From: a virus
IMG/VR virus record: IMGVR_UViG_3300035698_020146
Span: 1-15,157 of that record
Length of the DNA stretch: 15,157 nt
Direction: 5' to 3' (one strand)
Part shown: piece after piece, positions 1 to 5,647 of the stretch
How the letters are laid out: the number at the start of each line of letters is the position of its first letter
How positions within the stretch are numbered: position 1 is the first letter of the stretch
Program-made: the position numbers and the translations under genes
The notes under the pieces: generated by a model
What the model saw: only the letters and a program-made list of their open reading frames with translations
What the model was told of the DNA's origin: nothing
Databases searched by the model: none

Positions 1-127
1 CTGCGGACATATCCGATATACTTTTTTCAAGAGCTTTGACTGTTTCAGTCATTTTTACGAGGGCCTTATCAGAATCAGACAACTTATCGTCTTTGTCTTT
101 TTGGGCTTTCTCGACTGCTTCTTGAAG
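1..127. repeat. Exact 127-nt copy of the window end (15031..15157); circular-closure or terminal-redundancy overlap
   Basis: Direct comparison: ctgcggacatatccgatatac...ctcgactgcttcttgaag is identical at 1..127 and 15031..15157. The unique length is therefore 15,030 bp. Confidence 0.95.
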
Positions 128-316
128 TTTTTTCAGATTAACGTCCTTATCGCTCAAAGTCTTTTGAAGATTTTTAAAATCTTCGGGTTTAATAAACAGC
201 TTGCCGTCAGATGCCTCGATCAGTTTTCCAAAATCTTCGGGACTGATTGAATCTGGCAGGGCTTTCTCATCCAGGGCTAACAGCTTTCTGAACAAGGCTA
301 GTAATTTTTTATCCAT
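1..316 (-). CDS. Scaffolding-like protein, N-terminal part; continues across the junction into 14747..15030 (199 aa when joined)
   Basis: Minus-strand ATG at 316..314 with the frame open to base 1 (MDKKLLALFRKLLALDEKALPDSISPEDFGKLIEASDGKLFIKPEDFKNLQKTLSDKDVNLKKLQEAVEKAQKDKDDKLSDSDKALVKMTE...). 316 + 284 nt = 600 nt, which is in frame with the ORF at 14747. The protein is charged and looks helical, and it sits between the portal and capsid genes. Confidence 0.6.
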   Translation of the reverse strand, partial: MDKKLLALFRKLLALDEKALPDSISPEDFGKLIEASDGKLFIKPEDFKNLQKTLSDKDVNLKKLQEAVEKAQKDKDDKLSDSDKALVKMTETVKALEKSISDMSA

Positions 317-334
317 TTGGATATATTTTAATAT

Positions 335-1720
335 TTAGACTATTTCGTCTTTTTTCTCGACTGGTTTTTCTTCGGGCTTGCTTGTTGCAAATAATTTCAT
401 TTCGGCCAAAATTTCTTGCAATTTTTCTTCGGCGTTTTCAACTCCGCGCAATTCATCAATAGCATCTTTATGACTAATCAAATTATTTTCAATCATTTTC
501 GCATACTGCTCAATCCGATCAGAATTATCTTGGATTAAGAATGGTTGATAGACTGGGTCATTATCATATTTATCAACGCCAAATTTATAAGTCAAAATAG
601 CATTATTCATTTGTCTAAAAGCCTTATCCCAATTTAAACGCATGAATCCGATTAAATCCATCATATCAGAATATTGGTAACTTAGAGAAGTGCCAGACAC
701 ATTCGTTTGGACTTGTCCGGCTGAATGAACAATACCGGTTTTATTTGATATTCGTTTTTCGATAAGATTCAACCAGTTTATAATTTCTTGCCCCTCTTTC
801 AATTCTAAATATTCCATATCATCACTGGCGCCAATTCTGGTTTTTTTCTTTTTACCTCTTTCAATTTTTGTAGTATCGGCCATATCAGATTTGATGACAA
901 TATGCGGTTCGGTGTTTTCTTCAATTCTTTTATCAAAATTTGAGGCATTACGATTATAGGCCTTATCTAATTCGGCTAGCTGTAATATTTTAGATTTGCC
1001 CTCGTGACTATGTGGGTTTGGAAAATTTGGAATCCAAGAAAATGGAATAATTTTGTCCTTATTTTCAACGGTCACTGTTTTTTCGATTGCCTCATCATAA
1101 ACTATAACAGAATGTAAATCGTAATAAGTATATTTATATTTGCCGGACCCGACATAATCTCTAAATGCAAACTGAACTAATCGACCACCACTCCAACCAA
1201 GATAGCATTTTGTGGGGTCGAGTGAAATAATTTGCGCCCTCTTTGTGATAGGGTCTTTAGGATAATATAGACAAGAGGCGCCACCGCATAAAAAATTTAT
1301 ACCTTGCTCGATTAAAATATTTGCTAATTCATAATCGTAATATATAGACAAAATTTCATCCTCATATTTTTGAGATTTTTCGTGCTCTGTTTCTCGAATT
1401 TTTACGCCAACCTCTAACACACCGGTCTGTGGATTACGTGGGAATATACGAGCCATATATCTTTCGATATATTCATTACTGAAATTAAAAACCAGTGCGA
1501 CATCATCGTCAGAATCTTTTGCGTTTAGTTCTGCGTTTGTCCACTGGTCTGAGTCGAGTGCAAAACTTGATAAAATATCAAATGCACGGCTACGTTTCTC
1601 AGTTGTTGAGGTAGCAAATTTTATAAAATTTTTAACTGTAGTTTTGGAATTTCTTGAAGAGTCTTTTAAACTGTTTTCCCGGTCTGTTTCCTGTTTTGTT
1701 TTGTAGAAGAAATTAAGCAT
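335..1720 (-). CDS. Portal protein (putative)
   Basis: 461-aa ORF downstream of TerL and directly upstream of the scaffold and capsid genes. Size and synteny are typical of portals. I recognised no diagnostic motif by eye. Confidence 0.6.
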   Translation of the reverse strand: MLNFFYKTKQETDRENSLKDSSRNSKTTVKNFIKFATSTTEKRSRAFDILSSFALDSDQWTNAELNAKDSDDDVALVFNFSNEYIERYMARIFPRNPQTGVLEVGVKIRETEHEKSQKYEDEILSIYYDYELANILIEQGINFLCGGASCLYYPKDPITKRAQIISLDPTKCYLGWSGGRLVQFAFRDYVGSGKYKYTYYDLHSVIVYDEAIEKTVTVENKDKIIPFSWIPNFPNPHSHEGKSKILQLAELDKAYNRNASNFDKRIEENTEPHIVIKSDMADTTKIERGKKKKTRIGASDDMEYLELKEGQEIINWLNLIEKRISNKTGIVHSAGQVQTNVSGTSLSYQYSDMMDLIGFMRLNWDKAFRQMNNAILTYKFGVDKYDNDPVYQPFLIQDNSDRIEQYAKMIENNLISHKDAIDELRGVENAEEKLQEILAEMKLFATSKPEEKPVEKKDEIV

Positions 1721-1914
1721 ATATCTTGTAGATTTTTTTTATCGAGATATAGTAAACTAGCTAATAGGCTAACCCATAATTTAAACGGTAATAATCGGGG
1801 GCGAGGCTTTAATAAATAGCCTACATCGCGTCTAACTCGTTTCACAAGTTTGCGAGCAACACGCTTGCGGTCTTTGGGGTGTAGTTTTGACATATTTGTG
1901 GATAAGTCACTCAT
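1666..1914 (-). CDS. Hypothetical small basic protein (doubtful; may be a regulatory spacer instead)
   Basis: 82-aa ORF in the 218-nt TerL-portal gap. It is very Arg/Lys-rich and overlaps the portal start by 55 nt. Its first 15 nt after the A of the ATG are the AGTGACTTATCCACA motif that is also found at two promoters. Confidence 0.25.
   Translation of the reverse strand: MSDLSTNMSKLHPKDRKRVARKLVKRVRRDVGYLLKPRPRLLPFKLWVSLLASLLYLDKKNLQDICLISSTKQNRKQTGKTV
1897..1911 (-). promoter_or_regulatory. 15-nt motif AGTGACTTATCCACA containing a perfect DnaA box (TTATCCACA); copy 1 of 3
   Basis: Plus strand tgtggataagtcact. Identical 15/15 to 7857..7871 and 14/15 to 5499..5513. Confidence 0.5.
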
Positions 1915-1938
1915 TCGACAATAATAGCATAATTTAGA

Positions 1939-3306
1939 TTATCCGTCTACAGTGCCATATTTCTTAGTAATTACGGGGATTTTTGAACACGCGATAGCCA
2001 AGGCCATAAGAAAATCAGTTTCTAAATTTGAATCGGCGCGTTGATATGTGGTCATTTCGTCAGCCAATTCAGGAATAAATGGCGATGTTATCAAGCCGGA
2101 ATCGATAACGGCCTGCAAATGGTCAAGAATATAATCTTTTCTGCCACCGCGAAAATCGACCGGACTAGCAATATCCATACACATTTCCCAAAGCGTATCG
2201 CCGACGCCGGTACTGTCCATAAATACTTCTGAGTCACTTTCATAATGGGCTTGTCTAATTTCACTCTCGATTGAACTCCGGGCTTTTTTAGTTGGATTTG
2301 CTTTATTAAAATTTTCCCGACCCTTTTCTGTCCAGGGTAATTGAAACGCCCATTTTTTTGTAATTTGAAAAGGTACTTGCGATTTTTTGATTCTCAAGCC
2401 AACTGTCTGGTCTGAAATACTTCCACGCCGGCCCCGAGCAAGGTCCCAACCCTCGATATATTTTTGACCGGTTTCGATGCCGGCCTCGAGTTCCAAATTA
2501 TTATCAAATAATTTTTCGACACGCGAGGCGAACATCATTTCGGCCGTATCAATAAATTTACCTTTCACGACTTGATTGATTTTGCTGTCGCTCCAAGTTG
2601 AACATAAATAATCAAATAATTTATGATCAACAAAAGGATTTTCATAAGCAGAACCGCCCCGGACATATCCGCCCTTGCGCTTTATATCATTCTTGACACG
2701 ATAATAGGCATTTAATCCTTTTGGGGTAGCGTAAAAATCGAGTTGACTATCGCGCCATTTGCGAGTACGAGGCAATAGAATTTTTTCACGGATGAATTCG
2801 AGGTGACGCTCTAGCGCAATTTCGTCAGCGGAAATATAGCCGTATTCTTTTCCCTCGATGCTTTCACCTTTTCGCTTTGTAGTTTTATATTCAGTGACAG
2901 CGCCGTTAGTAAATCGCATCTGGGTAAATGGGTGCCGGACTATAGATTTTTCCAAATCGCAAAACCAAGGACCTAAAAGCGGACTGTCTTTTATCATGCC
3001 GGCCATTCGTTCTAGAACTAGCTCAGACAATTCCTGGGTAATCGCTACATTTAAGGTTTTGTATTTGGGGCCGTCTAAAAAATGTTGGAGTAAAAACCGC
3101 AGATGTTTTTTGGCAATAATATCAGTCTTGCCCCAACCGTTGCCAGGATGTAATAAATTTTCCCTTTTAACAGATTTTTCGAGCCATTCCTTTTGGCCTG
3201 GATGTGACTTGTAATCTAGAACTAAATCATCAAAAGCAGACCAGTCATTTTTTTCCTGGATGTTTTTAAGTGAAAAAGCGATTATGCGGAAAATCGAGTT
3301 TTGCAT
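1939..3306 (-). CDS. terL: Terminase large subunit
   Basis: 455 aa. Walker-A-like HPGNGWGKTD, Walker-B-like GYISADEIA, and a C-terminal nuclease-type acidic motif FMDSTGVGD. It lies upstream of the portal gene. Confidence 0.85.
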   Translation of the reverse strand: MQNSIFRIIAFSLKNIQEKNDWSAFDDLVLDYKSHPGQKEWLEKSVKRENLLHPGNGWGKTDIIAKKHLRFLLQHFLDGPKYKTLNVAITQELSELVLERMAGMIKDSPLLGPWFCDLEKSIVRHPFTQMRFTNGAVTEYKTTKRKGESIEGKEYGYISADEIALERHLEFIREKILLPRTRKWRDSQLDFYATPKGLNAYYRVKNDIKRKGGYVRGGSAYENPFVDHKLFDYLCSTWSDSKINQVVKGKFIDTAEMMFASRVEKLFDNNLELEAGIETGQKYIEGWDLARGRRGSISDQTVGLRIKKSQVPFQITKKWAFQLPWTEKGRENFNKANPTKKARSSIESEIRQAHYESDSEVFMDSTGVGDTLWEMCMDIASPVDFRGGRKDYILDHLQAVIDSGLITSPFIPELADEMTTYQRADSNLETDFLMALAIACSKIPVITKKYGTVDG

Positions 3307-3312
3307 TAGTAG

Positions 3313-3341
3313 ATAATAGCAAAACTTTCTACTTTAATCAA
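3313..3341 (-). promoter_or_regulatory. Candidate sigma70-type promoter TTGATT-17-TATTAT ending 6 nt before the TerL ATG (possible leaderless mRNA)
   Basis: Minus strand: ttgatt aaagtagaaagttttgc tattat ctacta ATG. The context is A+T-rich, so a chance match is possible. Confidence 0.35.
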
Positions 3342-3551
3342 ACATCACTAAAGTTCGACATTAACATCAAACATCAACATTTACATTAAAACTCTGACAT
3401 TAACACCAAACATCAACATTTACATTAAAACTCTGACATTAACATCAAACATCAACATTTAAGCTTTAAAAGAAAAAAGTGAGCAAACAAGCAAAGCTTT
3501 TCTTAAAACTATTATATTAACACCAAACATCAACATTTATATTAAAACGTT
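3333..3551. repeat. Tandem array with a 39-bp period (about five periods plus a degenerate upstream copy)
   Basis: Unit: gacattaacatcaaacatcaacatttacattaaaactct. It occurs at 3357..3395 and at 3396..3434 (one T/C difference). Period 3 starts at 3435 and matches for 27 nt. Its tail and most of period 4 (3462..3500) are replaced by an aagcttt...aaagctt hairpin of exactly one unit length. A unit-end remnant lies at 3501..3512. Period 5 (3513..3551) is diverged at its edges. Inside each unit ACAT(T/C)(A/T) recurs every 6-7 nt. Confidence 0.85.
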
Positions 3552-3871
3552 GAGAGTGCTCGCTCCGCTCGCAATTAAAGATAACAGACACGAACCTCCT
3601 CAAACCTCCAATATTTCCCTTGGTGTCTGGAGCAAGAAACGGTGGAATATAACCCTTACTGCTCTAACGTGGCATCGCATTACTGGACCGGAGCTTTCTC
3701 TCGGGCTACGCCCTCGACTTCCTAGCGCGCGTCTATATTCAAGTTGCCGGTCATTATTCATTCACAAGACTTAACAGTCAAACCCCTAGGAAGACCGCGA
3801 ACTTGCTCTTAAGAGCAAGATCGCTACAACTACAAAATTTCAAATATCAAGTAAAAAAAAGAAACGAAGTC

Positions 3872-3948
3872 GAGCAATTAAAACAAGCGATTTTATAATT
3901 ATATCGCTAAACCTCAATCAATCATAAAATCGCTTGTTTGAATTGCTC
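3872..3948. repeat. Inverted repeat or hairpin: 24-bp stem with one mismatch and a 29-nt loop
   Basis: gagcaattaaaacaagcgatttta (3872..3895) pairs with taaaatcgcttgtttgaattgctc (3925..3948). The single mismatch is A/G. Confidence 0.8.
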
Positions 3949-4155
3949 TCTAATATCTTACTTTAAAATGGAAGTCGCTCCGAGATTATTATAATTATTC
4001 ACATTTTTTTTATGACCGTCTACGCTCCGCTACGACCGTCACAAAAAAAACGCATCACAATTACAATAAATCTCTACGCTCCAATTAGAAAATTTTAAAG
4101 GTTGGCGCAAGCGCCCTCGACTAATTACTTTCGCTCCGCTCATAATAAAATGAGA

Positions 4156-4232
4156 GGAAAATAGAGAAGTACTAAAAACCCTTTTCCTAGTCGTGTTCGA
4201 CTAGCCGGGTTTTTAGTACTTCTCTATTTTCC
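4156..4232. repeat. Perfect 26-bp inverted repeat with a nested 7-bp hairpin
   Basis: ggaaaatagagaagtactaaaaaccc (4156..4181) is the exact reverse complement of gggtttttagtacttctctattttcc (4207..4232). The inner element ctagtcg-tgtt-cgactag is also perfect. Confidence 0.9.
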
Positions 4233-4283
4233 ATTTATCATTCCTTGCTACACAAAATAAAATTCGTGGGACGTGGCGCCGTA

Positions 4284-4425
4284 GATTGTTATCGCATAAC
4301 GTATATTTCACGAAGTAGGCATTTAGATATTACTAAACTTAAAGTTCTCAGCATCTCAGCAATACTTAATTTCAAAATAAAAATCCTCAGCAACTTCGCG
4401 AGAATATGCGTTATGCGAAACAATC
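4284..4425. repeat. Long imperfect inverted repeat (about 31 bp) enclosing 78 nt that carry three CTCAGCA copies
   Basis: 4284..4315 pairs with 4394..4425, including a perfect 10-bp core tcgcataacg/cgttatgcga. There are two single-base bulges, one T-G pair and one A-C pair. CTCAGCA occurs at 4347, 4355 and 4386. Confidence 0.75.
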
Positions 4426-4776
4426 CCAGAATAAAAACAGAAATCAATCGCCTATCGGGACAGTCAAACTGTCACCGTTACGCTCGGAAAATGTTCGAGA
4501 ATATAGCAACTTCACAGACCGAGCGTTTCCTCCGTGCTCCGCTTAACTGTCGAGGCGGGCACGGGACTTTTTTCGGGGCTTCGCCCCTCAGGGTTTGTGC
4601 ACGCATTTGTTGTGTAATGCCGTGCACCAAGCATTCACATACCAGTGTTAAAAATTCGAGGGCAAACAATATAATCATTTCATTGAGCCATTTGTACGCT
4701 CGTTTCACTCGCTACTATCGGGCGCTCCGCGCCCCTCGCTCGCTACGCTCGCGGGGCGCTCGTCTGGCTCGCGCCC

Positions 4777-4809
4777 AAAAAAAAACGTTGACTGGCATCA
4801 ACGTTTTTT
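4777..4809. terminator. Bidirectional intrinsic terminator
   Basis: aaaaaaaaacgttga-ctggca-tcaacgtttttt: an 8-bp G/C-containing stem extended by an A-run and a T-run, so a U-tract follows the hairpin on both strands. It lies 13 nt after the stop of the 180-aa minus-strand gene. Confidence 0.75.
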
Positions 4810-4821
4810 AAAATATTTAAT

Positions 4822-5364
4822 TTATAACAAAACGCCTTGTTGAATATCGAGTCCGTACTCGTTAGTGGCTCGTTGAAAAATTGCTTTTATATTATTCTCG
4901 TCTAACTGCTCGCCATTCATAATTTGGTAGCGCATTTTAGCAAGTTTTTCCAAATCTGAAACCTCTATCTTGTAAGTGTTAGATTTAAATTTCAATAAAA
5001 GTTGATCATAAGCGAGGTCCAATAATTCAACGGTTCTTTTCATATGCACGGCTTGGGATGTCACTTCTTCCAGTACATCATTTTTGATAATTTGGGTGGC
5101 AAGATTTGTCTTATAAGTAATAAACCCTTTGAAATGCCGGCATAAACTAGCCTCTGAAACTGACACGCCGAATTCATCTTTTGCGCGTTCGCAAATTCTG
5201 GCATAATGGGCGCCGTTTTTTCGCCAATCGTGGATTTCTTTCAAAATTCCTGATGAGCATATAGTACAGCGTGAGGAACAGATTTTTTTGAAATTAATCA
5301 ATTCATCGGGCATTACGGTCGTTCCGCAATTTTCCTTTTTTTCTTCGACTTCTTTATTTTCCAT
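4822..5364 (-). CDS. Hypothetical protein with a Cys-rich N-terminus, an HTH-like segment and a helical C-terminus; small-terminase candidate by position only
   Basis: 180-aa ORF with CSSRCTIC and further Cys/His residues, an HTH-like stretch GVSVSEASLCRHFKG, and a helical C-terminal half. It is the last gene before TerL apart from the 1.5-kb non-coding stretch. It has its own promoter and terminator. Confidence 0.5.
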   Translation of the reverse strand: MENKEVEEKKENCGTTVMPDELINFKKICSSRCTICSSGILKEIHDWRKNGAHYARICERAKDEFGVSVSEASLCRHFKGFITYKTNLATQIIKNDVLEEVTSQAVHMKRTVELLDLAYDQLLLKFKSNTYKIEVSDLEKLAKMRYQIMNGEQLDENNIKAIFQRATNEYGLDIQQGVLL

Positions 5365-5465
5365 TGCGATTTTTAAAGTTATCCACTCGCTTGATAGTAA
5401 GTGAATGTAAGTAAGGTAAGTTATTTATAGAGTTAGAACTTCCTTAGAGAGTTATAACTAACTTA

Positions 5466-5494
5466 AGAGTAACGTTTTTGAAAATTTTTGTCAA
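5466..5494 (-). promoter_or_regulatory. Candidate promoter TTGACA-17-TACTCT for the 180-aa gene
   Basis: Minus strand: ttgaca aaaattttcaaaaacgt tactct. The -35 is preceded, 4 nt upstream, by AGTGACTTATACACA (motif copy 2). The -10 is weak: only T1, A2 and T6 match. Confidence 0.45.
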
Positions 5495-5498
5495 GTGG

Positions 5499-5536
5499 TG
5501 TGTATAAGTCACTAGTTATCCCCATACTTATGCACA
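5499..5536. promoter_or_regulatory. DnaA-box cluster
   Basis: TTATACACA on the minus strand (5499..5507), TTATCCCCA on the plus strand (5516..5524, 8/9 match), and TTATGCACA on the plus strand (5528..5536). A further TTATCCACT (8/9) lies at 5379..5387. The reference consensus is TTATNCACA. Confidence 0.5.
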
Positions 5537-5573
5537 GCATCTTTCTACGAACAAACTCCGAACAAACATATAG

Positions 5574-5621
5574 TAAAAAAAAGTCCTCCCAATATATTAT
5601 AACATATAATCCGGAGGACTT
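5574..5621 (-). terminator. Intrinsic terminator closing the early gene block
   Basis: Minus strand: aagtcctcc-(23-nt loop)-ggaggactt followed by tttttttt. It lies 27 nt after the stop at 5648. The loop is large for a terminator. Confidence 0.55.
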
Positions 5622-5647
5622 GTCAACATAATTAATTAAATTTTAGT

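Larger units (their letters stand above)
3551..4776. ncRNA. ORF-free, helix-dense region: candidate large structured RNA (strand unresolved) or DNA-level packaging/replication locus
   Basis: No credible ORF on either strand. At least twelve G+C-rich local hairpins in an A+T-rich genome, listed with coordinates in the findings. Bounded by a bidirectional terminator at 4777..4809. Confidence 0.35.

Noticed and set aside
2041-3214. Plus-strand ORFs 2041..2232 and 2858..3214, antisense to TerL
   Set aside because: These are shadow ORFs opposite a well-supported gene, with odd composition and no promoter or terminator context.
3357-3551. Possible CRISPR array
   Set aside because: The repeats are directly adjacent with no unique spacers of comparable length, the units are A+T-rich and not palindromic, and there are no cas genes. 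It is a plain tandem array.
3594-3609. ACCTCCT and ACCTCC words resembling the 16S rRNA anti-SD tail
   Set aside because: They are too short to carry meaning alone, there is no surrounding rRNA-like sequence, and the genome shows no SD usage.
3551-4776. tRNA or tmRNA genes in the structured region
   Set aside because: I found no cloverleaf with a GTTCRANYC-type T-loop on a 5-bp stem on either strand. The gttcga at about 4195 is the loop and stem of a 7-bp hairpin, not a T-arm. A tRNAscan or Aragorn run would be the decisive check.
4245-4811. 188-aa plus-strand ORF. The same applies to 3550..3774 (plus, 74 aa) and 4478..4708 (minus, 76 aa), all inside the non-coding stretch.
   Set aside because: The 188-aa ORF starts at a TTG. 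The translations are Arg/Ser/Cys-rich and low in information (for example RALRAPRSLRSRGARLARAQ). The ORFs run straight through hairpin arms and the terminator, and they are mutually antisense. They are better explained as chance ORFs in G+C-rich structured DNA.
5250-5256. CTGATGA, a hammerhead-ribozyme core-like word
   Set aside because: It lies antisense inside a coding region, and no matching GAAA or stem II/III architecture follows.
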